From Myxococcales bacterium (lineage in GTDB: Bacteria; Myxococcota_A; Polyangia; Polyangiales; DASUME01): DNA of 64,000 bases. Both the position numbers and the translations under genes were made by a program. How positions within the stretch are numbered: the first letter of the stretch is position 1; every line of letters begins with the position of its first letter. The stretch is taken from positions 1,600,001 to 1,664,000 of the forward strand of contig JASGJH010000001.1 of the NCBI GenBank assembly GCA_047601445.1. Direction: 5' to 3'. The notes beneath the pieces were generated by a model, which saw only the letters and a list, made by a program, of their open reading frames with translations, was not told the DNA's origin and ran no database searches. Below are positions 1 through 10,353 of the stretch, in pieces.

Positions 1-717
1 GACGGCTTTCCACGCACCTGGTCTGCACTCAACTTGCTCTCGGAGTCCGCGCTCGTGCTCGCCGTCTCCTGGGAGTCGCAGGCGCTGGCCTGGCTAGGCG
101 CGTCACTGCACTCCGCGGCCACCGAGCTCACTTCGCAGGGACTCTTGCGTAAGGTCACGGCGGCCGCGACGCACCAGACCACGCTGCGCCGCGCGGACAC
201 CGATGCCCGCCTGCCTGCCTGGCCCGACGCTGGCTTCTCGCTGCTCAATCTGTTCGATCTCCCCTGGGACGTGGTGCGACAACGCGCCGAGAAATCGGGC
301 CGCATCCTGGCGCAGGAGATCATGCAGGGCACCTTCAGCCGCGCCCCCATCTCGCTGTGCGGCTTCTCGCTTGGGGCGCGCGTGATCCTGGAGGCGCTCG
401 CCCACCTCGACCTTTACGGTTGCCATCATCGGATCCAGGACGTCGTGCTGCTGGGTGGAGCGGCAGGCGTGCGCCACCCCGGCCTCTATGCCCTGCCCCG
501 CGTCTGCTCGGGACGCGTGATCAACGGCTACGCCGAGAACGACTGGGTGCTCGGCTATCTCTACCGGGCACGGCAACATGAGCGCGCCATCGGTCTCGTG
601 CCCCTGCACCGCACGGGGGTCGTGGACGTCGACCTGACGCGTCTCGTCAGGGGACATCTGACCTACTCGCACAAGCTCGAGCCGTTGCTGCGCGTCTGTC
701 TCGAAGCAGCGTCGTAG
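1..717 (+). CDS. DUF726/TMCO4-like alpha/beta-hydrolase-fold protein (5' partial)
   Basis: Frame is open from base 1. GFSLGARVI nucleophile-elbow motif, DVVLLGGA, INGYAENDWVL and GHLTY are typical of DUF726. Confidence 0.7.
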   Translation, partial: DGFPRTWSALNLLSESALVLAVSWESQALAWLGASLHSAATELTSQGLLRKVTAAATHQTTLRRADTDARLPAWPDAGFSLLNLFDLPWDVVRQRAEKSGRILAQEIMQGTFSRAPISLCGFSLGARVILEALAHLDLYGCHHRIQDVVLLGGAAGVRHPGLYALPRVCSGRVINGYAENDWVLGYLYRARQHERAIGLVPLHRTGVVDVDLTRLVRGHLTYSHKLEPLLRVCLEAAS

Positions 718-719
718 CG

Positions 720-1313
720 CTATTTCAGGCGCAGCTCGTTGTCCACGTGAGCTTGGCCCGCGATGCCACGCACGATGTCGTCGAGCGCTGCGCGCTCCTT
801 TCCGCTGTTCACCACACCGCGCAAAGTGACGTGACCATCCTTGGTCACGATGCTCACGTTCTTGGCGTTGTAAGAGAGCCGCTTGTCCGCGAGGACGACC
901 TTGCGAATGCTCTGGGTGAGCGCACGGTCCGTCTCGCTCGTGCCTTGCTCACCCGTCGTGGTCAGCACGTCGCTCGCGTCGAGATTGCGCTTCATGGAGT
1001 CGAAGGCTCCAAAGTCAGGATCGGTGGTGGAGGCGTTCGGATCCTTGTGGCTGACTCGCGCTGGCGCGGGCGGCGCTTCGGCGTCCCTCGCTTGCGCTTG
1101 CGAGTCGTTGGCGGGCATCACGTAGGTTCCGAGTGCCGCGTTGTGCTCGTCCGCGGCGTGCCGCGGGGCATCCGCCAGGCCCAGCTGTGCCTGACTGTCT
1201 GCCATGCGGCCCAGGGACTGCACGGCCTGTTGCGAAGTCGTGTGATCCTGGGCGTGCTGGTGGGCACACCCGATGACTGCGATGGCGCTCAACAAAACGG
1301 AGGTGCGAAACAT
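720..1313 (-). CDS. BON-domain lipoprotein
   Basis: Lipobox-like AVIGC. C-terminal DRALTQSIRKVV...NVSIVTKDGHVTLRGVV...VDNEL is a BON domain. Confidence 0.8.
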   Translation of the reverse strand: MFRTSVLLSAIAVIGCAHQHAQDHTTSQQAVQSLGRMADSQAQLGLADAPRHAADEHNAALGTYVMPANDSQAQARDAEAPPAPARVSHKDPNASTTDPDFGAFDSMKRNLDASDVLTTTGEQGTSETDRALTQSIRKVVLADKRLSYNAKNVSIVTKDGHVTLRGVVNSGKERAALDDIVRGIAGQAHVDNELRLK

Positions 1314-1546
1314 CTGCTCCCTCTCCTTCGCATGCGGACGGGGCCGCTCAAGAGCTGCCCGCTAGCAGTGCATACCGTGTGCCGCAGCGAATTTGCCGGA
1401 GTTTTGCTGGTGCCCTCGCTGTTCGATCTCGCGCGTCAGTGTCAGCGATGCTCAGGCGTGACGTCCCACCACACCGCGCGTCGGGCGCTCTGCACCGTCC
1501 TCGACGCCGGCGCTGCTCCCAACGCGGAGGAGCTCGCGTACTCGCC

Positions 1547-2553
1547 TCAACGCTCGCTGTCGAGGTGTGCCATTTGAGCGTCCGCGTAGCGCGATCCTGC
1601 GACGGCATCGGCCGGCACCAACGCCTCGAACTCGCGCGCTTCGGCGGCGCTCAAGGGGCGCTCGAGCGCCGACAACGTGTCCTTCAACTGTTCCCGCGTT
1701 CGTGCCCCCACCAGCGGTACCAGGCGCGGCTGCTTGTGCAGGACCCACGCGATGCACAGCTGCGCCGCGCTCTGACCACGCGCTCGCGCGAAGCCCTCGA
1801 TGGACTGCACCACGCGCTCGTTCTGGGCCCGGTTCTGCTCGGCGAAACGCGGCAAGAAGCGCCTAAAATCAGCGGCGTTTACGCCCGGTTTGCGGCCGCT
1901 CAAGAGGCCGCGCGAGAGCACTCCATAGAGGGTCGCGCCGATACCGAGCTCCTCCAAGGCGGGGAAGATGCGCTGCTCGGGCCCACGCGTCACGACCGAG
2001 TACTCGATCTGGAGATCGGCGATGGGATGCACGCGTTGGGCGCGCCGGATGGTGTCGACGCCCACCTCGGACAAGCCGACGTGCCGTACGTAACCCTGCT
2101 TGACCAGATCCGCGATGGCACCGACGGTGTCTTCGATGGGCACATTGGGATCGAGCCGACAAGGTCGATAGATATCGATGACGTCGACGCGGAGGCGCTT
2201 GAGGCTGTAGGCCACCCAGGTTTCACGGCCGCGGGCCGCGTATCGAGGCCAAGCCACGCCCCGTCGGGACCACGCATGGCACCGAACTTCACCGAGACGA
2301 GCGCCTTGTCGCGTCGGTCTGCCAGGGCACGTCCCACCAGCAGCTCGTTGTGGCCCATGCCATAGAAGTCGCCCGTATCGATCAAGTTCACGCCGCGTTC
2401 GAGCGCTTCGTGGATGGTGGCGACGCCCTCGTCGTCGCTGCTCGCACCATAGGCACCAGACATCCCCATGCAGCCGAGCGCCAGCGGGAACACCCTGGGA
2501 CCAGTGGCACCGAGTGCACGCACCTCGCTTGCTGTTTCGCTCAATGTCGTCAT
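1547..2553 (-). CDS. Aldo/keto reductase (single frameshift near 2222)
   Basis: N-terminal [15 protein letters not shown] in ORF 1990-2553 joins the C-terminal IDIY/VGLSE/LQIEYS in ORF 1547-2560. Adding one A to an A3 run restores VKTWVAYSL. Confidence 0.85.
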
Positions 2554-2677
2554 GGATCACCTCGTGCTGAGGGATCCAAACTAGGCCGCGCGGTCTCCCG
2601 AATCTAGCCCAGCATCGACGCCACAGCGGAAAGACCTGCTGGGGTCGCTGGCCGCGGCCACAACGTTACGCAGCGGC

Positions 2678-2740
2678 GCGACGCGGCTCACGGCCCCGCA
2701 CACGCGTGGCGGTCGCACCACGCCCGTGAGCGCGCGTCGC
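2678..2740. terminator. Long GC-rich hairpin downstream of the VWA gene
   Basis: GCGACGCG-GCTCACGG (2678-2693) pairs with CCGTGAGCGCGCGTCGC (2724-2740), plus an inner GCGTGG/CCACGC stem. No U-tract. Confidence 0.4.
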
Positions 2741-2759
2741 TAGGCTCCCCGAGTGGGGC

Positions 2760-4103
2760 TCAGATGAGATCGATCAGGAGGGGCGGTTCCTCGTCGGGAG
2801 GATCCACCGGCACGCACTTGCGGCTCTTCAGCTCGTACTGGCCATCGTCGCCATCGCCGTCGCCATCCCCGTTCGTGGCAGGCGGTGCAGGCGGAGCCGG
2901 AGGCGCAGGCGGCGCAGGTGGCGGCGGCGGACACACAGCCTTCACTCGCAGCGCGTGACCGCTGCCACCATGGGCGGCATCACAGGAAGTCCCCAGCAAT
3001 GTGAGGTTGTCGCCTGCGGCATCGAGGGCATAGCCGTTGGCGTCGCCCACCGTGAGAACTTGGCCGTCGAGCGTGACTTCGACCTTCCAGGGATCGACCA
3101 CCTTCGACTTGAGTGCGAGTTCGCAGCTGGCCGCGCGACCCGCCAGAGCTTCGAGGGTCTTGAACAGCGTGTCGTGGTCTCCCACGGCGTGATGCTGCGT
3201 GTCACCCGTGCCGCCCGCCTGGGCCATCATGTCGAGAGCGCTGCGCAGGTCCTTATCCTGCTGGGTGTCGTAGCCGAGCACGTAGGTCTTGATGCCGTCC
3301 TGGGTCATCGCTTGAATGCGCGCCACCGTCTGCGGAATTGCTTCGGGCTGGCCAGTCCCCGCGGTACCGAGTCCCAACCCGACCGAACCGAGTCCACCCG
3401 AGTCGCCCGACGCGCAGTTGGGCGCACCGTCCGTCACCAAGAGCACCGCCTGGGAGCTCGTGGGCGACGCCATCGCCTTGAGCGTCTCGTGGGCGTTGCG
3501 GAGTGTGGAAGCCGTGGGCGTGGCCCCCGAGGGCGCCATCGAATGCAGCTGCTGACTGATCGCGGTGCCGGTGCCCATGCCAGGCATCACGCGCACTTGG
3601 CCGGGTTCGCAGGTGTACTCGCCGAGCACGCTACCACTCTGACGGAGCAAGCAGTCCTGCTGCTCTGCCGCGGTCTTGAATGCCGAGCAGTCCCCGGGAA
3701 AGGTCATCAATCCCAGGCGGAGTGTCTCGGGTACGCTGTGCGTGAGATCCTCGACGGCCGACACCGAAGGATCCCACCGGTTGGCGTTCAGGTCGTGCAT
3801 GCTGCCCGAGCGGTCGAGCACCACCAGCACGTTGGCGATCGCGTTGTCGAACTCGACCGTGTAGTCCTCGCAGCCTGGCGTCGTGGGCGTGTTGCCGTCG
3901 CCGTCGCCAGCGGGCGTCTCGGTGCAATCGAGGCCCTGGCCATCGAGATCCCCGTCACCCTGATTTCCGTCCCCATCACCGCCATCGCCTGCGCCGCGCA
4001 TGCGACCCGAGCACGCGGAGAGCAACAAGAGCGCGCACAGGGAGGCCGAGCGAGGGGCCGAACGGAGGTTGGGCAAGTTTGACCAAGATAAGGAAATGTT
4101 CAT
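2760..4103 (-). CDS. VWA-domain lipoprotein with Gly-Asp linkers and a Pro-rich tail
   Basis: Lipobox LLSAC; MIDAS elements VLDRSGSM, GATPT and LLVTDGAPNC; GDGD runs; PPPPPAPPAPP. Confidence 0.8.
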   Translation of the reverse strand: MNISLSWSNLPNLRSAPRSASLCALLLLSACSGRMRGAGDGGDGDGNQGDGDLDGQGLDCTETPAGDGDGNTPTTPGCEDYTVEFDNAIANVLVVLDRSGSMHDLNANRWDPSVSAVEDLTHSVPETLRLGLMTFPGDCSAFKTAAEQQDCLLRQSGSVLGEYTCEPGQVRVMPGMGTGTAISQQLHSMAPSGATPTASTLRNAHETLKAMASPTSSQAVLLVTDGAPNCASGDSGGLGSVGLGLGTAGTGQPEAIPQTVARIQAMTQDGIKTYVLGYDTQQDKDLRSALDMMAQAGGTGDTQHHAVGDHDTLFKTLEALAGRAASCELALKSKVVDPWKVEVTLDGQVLTVGDANGYALDAAGDNLTLLGTSCDAAHGGSGHALRVKAVCPPPPPAPPAPPAPPAPPATNGDGDGDGDDGQYELKSRKCVPVDPPDEEPPLLIDLI

Positions 4104-4221
4104 GAGTCGCTAGTTAGCTTTGCATTTCTGGCCATTTCAATGCCCTGCCGCGCCAGGACATGTTTTGTCCGCCAGCAGACATGGGCTTGCGCATGCGAGA
4201 TTGCGCACGCGAAGCGAACGC

Positions 4222-5337
4222 TCAACGCGATGCTTTGGGGGGTGGAGGTGCGCTGCTGCTGGGCCGCAACGCCGCGGGCGACTTGCCGGTCCAGCGCCGC
4301 ACCGCGCGGTGGAATGCGCTGGCGTCCGCGAAGCCCAGGGCATGGGCCACTTGCTTCACCGAGCGCGTCGGATCCAGCAACATTGCCTCGGCCTGCTCAC
4401 GCTGCACACGCTGCACGAGGGCGGGAAACGGCGTGCCTTCGGACTGCAGGCGTCGCCGCAGCGTGCGTCCGCTCGTGCCGAGTTGGGAAGCGATCTCGTC
4501 CATGGTGAGCCGATGGTTGTCCGGACTCGCGCGCAGCAGGTTCAGCACGCGCGCGGAGAGTCCGTCGAAGCCGTGCTGCGCCAACAGACCGTCCGCATAC
4601 TCCGTCAAACGCGCCTCGAGATCGGCCACGTAGTTGGGCTGCGGTTGCAGGGCGTGCTCGCGGTCGACCACCACCTCGGTGGCAGGCGCGTTGAAGCGCA
4701 GCGGACAACCGAGCACCTGCTCGTACACCTCGACGTGGTCCGGAGCCGGATAGTCGAACGCGATCAGGCGAGGCACGCCTGCGATGCCCGCGTGCTGTCG
4801 CAGCAAGCGACGCAACGAGAAGGCCACCGATTCCATGTACGCGCGGTGCGCGCGCAGCGATGGCGAGTGGCGCACCATGGAGATGCGGCAGAGCTCGGGC
4901 TCGTCGTACACGTAGAAGAGCGGTAGGCTCGAAAACAGGGGCCAATAACGGGCCATCAGGTCGACGCCGGATCGAAAGTGCTGCACCACCGTGAGGGCGT
5001 GGGCGACGGCGCCGAAGGCACCGAAGGTGGCGCGCTGCCACCAGTGCAAGCCGAGTGCGGGATCACCGGTGAGGTCGAGCGCGCGCTCCACGAGCTGGTC
5101 GAGTTGGATGAGCGGCTGGTTGCGCTCGGAGGAAGCGAGCTGCGCGTCGGACAGCGAACTGCCGCGCAACAGGTCGGCGCGGGCGACGCCGCTCGCCTCG
5201 AGCGCTTCGATCAAGCCGCGCGTGAAGGCCAAGGATATGACTGGCCCGCGAGTTTCGCCGTCCCCCACGAAGCGACGGTTAACCCGACCAATGTGGGCAG
5301 GTCGTTGACCCGAACGACCATTTGTTCTTGCCGCCAA
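4222..5337 (-). CDS. AraC-family transcriptional regulator (OruR-like); true start may lie downstream
   Basis: C-terminal IASQLGTSGRTLRRRL...VAHALGFADASAFHRAVRRWTGKSP; N-terminal GDPALGLH arabinose-binding-like domain. Confidence 0.9.
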   Translation of the reverse strand: MAARTNGRSGQRPAHIGRVNRRFVGDGETRGPVISLAFTRGLIEALEASGVARADLLRGSSLSDAQLASSERNQPLIQLDQLVERALDLTGDPALGLHWWQRATFGAFGAVAHALTVVQHFRSGVDLMARYWPLFSSLPLFYVYDEPELCRISMVRHSPSLRAHRAYMESVAFSLRRLLRQHAGIAGVPRLIAFDYPAPDHVEVYEQVLGCPLRFNAPATEVVVDREHALQPQPNYVADLEARLTEYADGLLAQHGFDGLSARVLNLLRASPDNHRLTMDEIASQLGTSGRTLRRRLQSEGTPFPALVQRVQREQAEAMLLDPTRSVKQVAHALGFADASAFHRAVRRWTGKSPAALRPSSSAPPPPKASR

Positions 5338-5949
5338 GACGCACGGGATACTGAATTTTACGCCGCAGTTGCACTACTGCGATCAGTTCTCGCTCGTTCG
5401 TTGGTCGCAACTGCACAAGACCGTTCTGACTTTTTCGTTCGGCACGCATCGCGAACGCACGGCGACGTTCTACTCTGTCTCGGCTCTCGGCCAGACGCGC
5501 ATGCGGCGCCGAACGAGCTCCACAGAGAACCTTCTTCACGCGTTCGGGTTCTCTTCACGGAGCTCTGACGATCGCGCGGCGTCCGGCGTACGCGCGACGA
5601 GAGCACTCCAGCATTCGCTTGAAGCACGTTGAAGAAAGTCCTCCACCGTCGCTCCGCTTCGACGCGCGCATCGAACCAGCACGCGCTGGCTCCTCCCACT
5701 TGCGTTCGCCACGCGCGTACCAAGCGAGGCCAGGCACCGCTCCGCGCATCGCCTCAAAGCGATCCCGCGCGCGGTCCCATCGGGCGTCGAAAGAGGAGCG
5801 CCCCCCAACTCCTCGTGCCGACCGAAAGACGCCGCAAAAGCCAGACTCCCCTCCCCAATTGGCGCCCAACCAGCTGAAACAGCACAACATTCAGGAAGCT
5901 GTTCGCCCACGAAACAAGCCAGGCCGACCGGGCGCCCATTGAGTCCGAT

Positions 5950-6540
5950 GTGTTTCTCGTACGTTTCCTATTTAGTGGCGGCGGCCTCCTGCGTCCGCTA
6001 CAACTTTGCGCCGTGAGCCTCGCCCGCGTAGACGCCCCTTCCCGTCGCGTCCTGTTGTCCTCGGTCGGCGCCGGACTCTTCATTTTGAGCCTGGCCGCGG
6101 TGGACCTGGTGCTGCGCGGTGCCGTTCCGCTGTCCGCCCTGATCCCTCCTTTCGGAGCGAGCACGGTGATCGTGTTCTTCTCCCCGGAGAGTCCCGCAGG
6201 TCGTCCCTGGAACGTCACGGCAGGTCATCTCGGCTCGGCGCTCGTCGCCATCTCGGCCATGACGCTGATCCCGAATTCGCCCGTCGCCGTGCAGGCGGCG
6301 CTGGCCGTGTCTGGTGCCGGCATCTGGATGGTCCTGAGCCGCAGCATTCATCCACCGGGCGGTGCCACGGCGCTGCTCGCCACGCTCGGCGGTCCCAAGC
6401 TGAGCGCGCTCGCCTTCTGCGCTTGCCTGCTCACGGGCTGCTTCACGCTGTGCAGCGTGCGCTGGCTGGTCGACTTCGGCGTACGCATCTCGGAACGCTC
6501 CGTCCCGCGCTCAGCCACCGACGCGGGACCTCACGCGTAG
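5950..6540 (+). CDS. HPP-family membrane protein
   Basis: PPFGAS...SPAGRPWNV.GH and IHPPGGATAL motifs; hydrophobic segments. Confidence 0.9.
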   Translation: MFLVRFLFSGGGLLRPLQLCAVSLARVDAPSRRVLLSSVGAGLFILSLAAVDLVLRGAVPLSALIPPFGASTVIVFFSPESPAGRPWNVTAGHLGSALVAISAMTLIPNSPVAVQAALAVSGAGIWMVLSRSIHPPGGATALLATLGGPKLSALAFCACLLTGCFTLCSVRWLVDFGVRISERSVPRSATDAGPHA

Positions 6541-6560
6541 CGCAAGACGCCCACGTCTCG

Positions 6561-7031
6561 TCAGTGGACGGGCGGGGGCGCCATGACGCAGTGCACGACC
6601 TTGGCCTGCTCGGCTTCGCAGAAGCCGGACTTGATCGCTGCGAGTCCCTGCTCGGTGCACTCCCAGTTCGCGGCGGGTTCACGCAGCATGCAGGCCGTAG
6701 CCGCCCGCATCTCCGCGTCACACAGTCCCTCGGTCATCGATGCCTTACAGACGGCCTCGCAGGTGGATGCCTTGGCGCACGCGAGCTCGGTGGAGCGCGT
6801 GCAGATGGCGGCGCAGGGAGAGTCTGCGCGCAGTTTGCCGGCCGGAGCAGGGCGCGGCGCTTCCTGCGCGGACGCGTCGACGCCTGGTGTGGGTGCGGGC
6901 TTGGCCGCTGCGGGATGTCCCGACCCGATGCCCTCGGCAGCCAGCAGCGGATTGGAAGGGGCCGGTGGATCACAGGCGAGGATGCTCGGAACCAGGAGCA
7001 TCGCCAACGCCAACATTCTCAGCTTCGACAT
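6561..7031 (-). CDS. Cys-rich lipoprotein
   Basis: MSKLRMLALAMLLVPSILAC lipobox; Pro/Ala linker; regularly spaced Cys in the C-terminal domain. Confidence 0.65.
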   Translation of the reverse strand: MSKLRMLALAMLLVPSILACDPPAPSNPLLAAEGIGSGHPAAAKPAPTPGVDASAQEAPRPAPAGKLRADSPCAAICTRSTELACAKASTCEAVCKASMTEGLCDAEMRAATACMLREPAANWECTEQGLAAIKSGFCEAEQAKVVHCVMAPPPVH

Positions 7032-7167
7032 GGCCCCTACTCTACTCGACCTGGTGCGACCGGGCTCCCCTCGAAGCCTCCCGACGACTCCCCCATGCCT
7101 CCCGACGGACACGTCGGCGCCGCGCACGCGATGGCCGGGTGCGCTATGCACCCGGGCGGAGGCTCCC

Positions 7168-7806
7168 ATGAACACCACCGCAGTTCTCGGATGTCGTTGC
7201 GGCAAGGTGCGCGGCCATGTGGCCGACGCCGCGCCTGACCAGGTCAATCGCATGGTCTGCTATTGCGATGATTGCCAAGCCTATCTGCACTACTTGAAGC
7301 GCTCCGACTTGCTCGACGAGCACGGCGGCACGGACATCGTCCAGGTCGCGCCGGCGGCCCTGCGATTCGACCGCGGCGCCGAGCTCATCGTCGGCATGCG
7401 CCTGTCTCCCAAGGGTCTCTTCCGTTGGTATGCGAGCTGCTGCAACACGCCCGTGGGCAACTCGCTGACGCCGAAGATCCCCTTCGTGGGCATCGTGGCG
7501 AACAGCTTCGAAGATCCGGACCGGCACTTCGGAAAGCCCACTGGCGCGGTGCAAGGCAAGTTTGCCATCGGCGCACTGCCCGCAAGCGCCAACAAGACGC
7601 CGGTGGGTCTCTTGATCGGCGCCGTGCTCAAGGTGCTCGGCTGGCGTCTGCGCGGGAAGGCGTGGCCCCATCCGTTCTTCGCGCCTGGCTCGAACGAGCC
7701 GAGCCACCCCGTGCGCGTGATCGACAAGGCCGAGCGCGATGCTCTGCGCGCGTGGTGCGGCCCCAACCCGACCGCGGCGGCCGAGCCTCACGGCATGCCA
7801 GGCTGA
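7168..7806 (+). CDS. DUF6151 / GFA-like Zn-binding protein
   Basis: CRCG...CYCDDCQAY...RWYASCCNTP motifs; GGAGG ribosome-binding site upstream. Confidence 0.8.
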   Translation: MNTTAVLGCRCGKVRGHVADAAPDQVNRMVCYCDDCQAYLHYLKRSDLLDEHGGTDIVQVAPAALRFDRGAELIVGMRLSPKGLFRWYASCCNTPVGNSLTPKIPFVGIVANSFEDPDRHFGKPTGAVQGKFAIGALPASANKTPVGLLIGAVLKVLGWRLRGKAWPHPFFAPGSNEPSHPVRVIDKAERDALRAWCGPNPTAAAEPHGMPG

Positions 7807-7870
7807 GCGGCCGGACCGCGGGTCCTCGTTGGCGCCCCGCTGGCCCCGGCGTGCTACACCGGCGGCCCCG

Positions 7871-8494
7871 ATGTCGGCACTCAAAGGTTCCCTGACTTAC
7901 GCGCGCTTCTTCGTCGAAGGCGAGCCGCCCAAGGACTTTCGCGAACGCTACATGAAGGCCATCCGCCTGCGCGTGATGAAGCCGCTCGTAGCCGACGAAG
8001 ACGCCCTCGAGCGCTCGGGCTGGTGCGCCATGGGCGACCCATTCGAGCTCGAACTCCGACACGACAACTGCTTCTACAACAACTTCATCAACCTCGGCCT
8101 GCGCACGGACCGCTGGGCCATCCCCAATACGTTGCTGAAGACCAAGACCCGCGAGGCGGAGCAGGCCTTTCTGGAGAAGAAGGGGCGCGAAAAGCTGTCC
8201 AAGCGCGAGCGGACCGAGCTCAAGGAGGTGGTCGCACGCAAGCTGCGTAAGCAGTTCGTGCCAGCCATGCGCGTGACCGACTTCTCATGGTCACTGGAGG
8301 AAGGCGTGGTCCGTTTCTTCAGTCAATCCGCCAAACCCGGGCTCGCCATGGGGGACCTCTTTCAGAAGACCTTCGGGCTCAAGCTGATCCCGGATGCGCC
8401 CTACACCCTGGCCGACCGACTCGGGCTCTCCAAGGGCGAAGAAAAGGCCTGGGACAGCCTCGAGGAGACCCAGCTCCTCACGCGGGAGGTCTGA
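7871..8494 (+). CDS. RdgC-like recombination-associated protein, N-terminal half
   Basis: SGW, LRTDRWAIP and EKKGREKLSKRERTELKEVV resemble the RdgC N-terminal region. Confidence 0.65.
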   Translation: MSALKGSLTYARFFVEGEPPKDFRERYMKAIRLRVMKPLVADEDALERSGWCAMGDPFELELRHDNCFYNNFINLGLRTDRWAIPNTLLKTKTREAEQAFLEKKGREKLSKRERTELKEVVARKLRKQFVPAMRVTDFSWSLEEGVVRFFSQSAKPGLAMGDLFQKTFGLKLIPDAPYTLADRLGLSKGEEKAWDSLEETQLLTREV

Positions 8495-8495
8495 C

Positions 8496-9152
8496 GTGCA
8501 GCTCGTCGATCGCATCGAGAAGCGTCGCTTCGTGGGCCGAGAGTTCTTGCTTTGGCTCTGGTTCGAGTCCGAGATTCTGGAGGCGACCCTGAGCACGACC
8601 GAACATGGCCCCTTCGGGCTGTGGCTCGAGAAGCGGCTCGTCCTATCGGCCGGCAAGGTAAGCACCAAGATCAGCGCGCCCTCCCCGGGCTTGGGCCGCG
8701 AGGCCAAGGAGGCGCTGCTCGCCGGACAACTGCCGGAGAGCGCCGGCCTGCGCGTGGCCTGGAACGGCGACGAGACCAGCGTGACGTTCAAGGCGGAGCA
8801 GATGGCCCTCTCGGGGCTGAAGCTACAGACCGTGCTCGGCAAGGAAGAGAGCATCCAGAACACCTTGGTGGAGGACCTCAAGCCCAAGGCGAAGCCCAAG
8901 CAGCGCCGCGGCCGCGAGGCGCCCGACGAGATCGACGAGTCGCGCGAAGCCTTCTACGAGCGGATGCACATGACTCAAGCCTTCGAGGGACTCATCGAGG
9001 CCCTCTACCGCGATTTTCTCGATCTGCGCTTGAGCGGGAGCTGGGACGAGTCGGTGAAGCCGATGCTGCGCACCTGGGCCCAGGGCGGCAACGTGGACCC
9101 CGAACGCTACGCGCGCGTGAAGCGTCCTCGCAAGGGCGGTCGCTCGAGCTGA
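8496..9152 (+). CDS. RdgC-like protein, C-terminal half
   Basis: GTG start 1 nt after the upstream stop; GREFLLWLW, EAKEALLAGQLP and LSGLKL resemble the RdgC C-terminal region. Confidence 0.55.
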   Translation: MQLVDRIEKRRFVGREFLLWLWFESEILEATLSTTEHGPFGLWLEKRLVLSAGKVSTKISAPSPGLGREAKEALLAGQLPESAGLRVAWNGDETSVTFKAEQMALSGLKLQTVLGKEESIQNTLVEDLKPKAKPKQRRGREAPDEIDESREAFYERMHMTQAFEGLIEALYRDFLDLRLSGSWDESVKPMLRTWAQGGNVDPERYARVKRPRKGGRSS

Positions 9153-9183
9153 GGGCTCGCGCGGAGCCTGGCAGCCGAGCGGC

Positions 9184-10353
9184 TCAGGCAGCGCGCGGGC
9201 GCGCGCGAAACGGGACGGTACGCGAAGACTGACGCTGACCATCGGCAAACACGTCCACGGCGATACCCAAATCCCTCTCCACGCGCAGCACCACCCGGCC
9301 AAAATGCATCTCGGCCGCACGCCGAATCGCCTCTTGAGTGTCCACGATGAGCCAGCGTGCCACCGGCATGGTCACCATGCCCTGAGCTGCCCGGGGGCCC
9401 ACCTCCCAGGCAGCAGTCAACGGCACGCGTGCCGAGCGAGCTTCCACCTGCAAGAGGTTCACCGTGCTGACAATGAAGTCGCGCGCGCTCATCGAGTTCT
9501 TTTGGAGCACGTCACTGGCCAGACTGAAGGCAGCTGCGCCGCTCAGATACGCGGCCAGCGAGTCCGAGGCAGCGCGCAACAGGAGCTCCCCTTGGCTGGT
9601 GAAGATGCGCTTGGCGCCCAGCTCCACCTGCAGCCGCGCTGCGGTCTGGGACTGCACGAGGTCTTGGTGGAGCAAGGCGATGGTCTGCGCCTGCGGGTCC
9701 CGCTCCGCGCGCAACCTGCCGAAACGCTCCATCAGCGAGACCGCGTGAAGCTCCGCCTCGATACCGATGGCGGTCAGCGCGAACAGCGGCTGCAGGCGAT
9801 CGGCCAGCGCGGCTTCTTGCACGGCCAGGCACAGCGCGCCCGCCACATCGAGCTCCGGAGACAGCAAGGGAACTCCGTGGCACGTGTTCCGGTGGAACCC
9901 GCGGATGAAGTGCTCCCTGCCAGAGACCTCGACGTAGCGCGCCTCCGCGAGGGCCGTGCCCACACCGTTGGATCCGACGTACGCCTCGCCCAAGAGCGTC
10001 CCGCAGGCGAAGTGGCTGCCGGGGTCTTCGTGCCCCAGCACGCTCTCGCGGGAGTCCACCACCACACCATCGGGCGACGTCACCATCACGGTGTGCTCGC
10101 GCAGGCCCGCGGCGGATGACAGTGCCTCCAAGTAAGGTCGAGCAGCGGACGCGAAGGCGTAGTGGTCGCGCAGCACGCGCTCTGCATCGTGGACCGAAAG
10201 GTGCTTGGCGCCCGTCAGTTCCTTGTTGATGTGCAGGCGCTTCGAACGTTGCCACTGGCGGCTCAAATCGTCGCGACGCTGCTCCGCGGTGCGTTCCCCT
10301 TTGGAGTAGCTACGCCAGGGGACTCGTGCGCGTGCGTTGGCCGCGAGTTGCAT
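9184..10353 (-). CDS. GAF-domain protein (AcoR/DhaR-type GAF) with a degenerate kinase-like C-terminus
   Basis: EAYVGSNGVGTALAE...VSGREHF...CHGVPL is the AcoR-type GAF signature; no sigma-54 GAFTGA motif. Confidence 0.6.
   Translation of the reverse strand: MQLAANARARVPWRSYSKGERTAEQRRDDLSRQWQRSKRLHINKELTGAKHLSVHDAERVLRDHYAFASAARPYLEALSSAAGLREHTVMVTSPDGVVVDSRESVLGHEDPGSHFACGTLLGEAYVGSNGVGTALAEARYVEVSGREHFIRGFHRNTCHGVPLLSPELDVAGALCLAVQEAALADRLQPLFALTAIGIEAELHAVSLMERFGRLRAERDPQAQTIALLHQDLVQSQTAARLQVELGAKRIFTSQGELLLRAASDSLAAYLSGAAAFSLASDVLQKNSMSARDFIVSTVNLLQVEARSARVPLTAAWEVGPRAAQGMVTMPVARWLIVDTQEAIRRAAEMHFGRVVLRVERDLGIAVDVFADGQRQSSRTVPFRARPRAA

Noticed and set aside
5340..5940. Long AraC-HPP intergenic region as an ncRNA or riboswitch
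   Set aside because: Only a short GCAGTTGC/GCAACTGC dyad was seen; no recognisable RNA motif.
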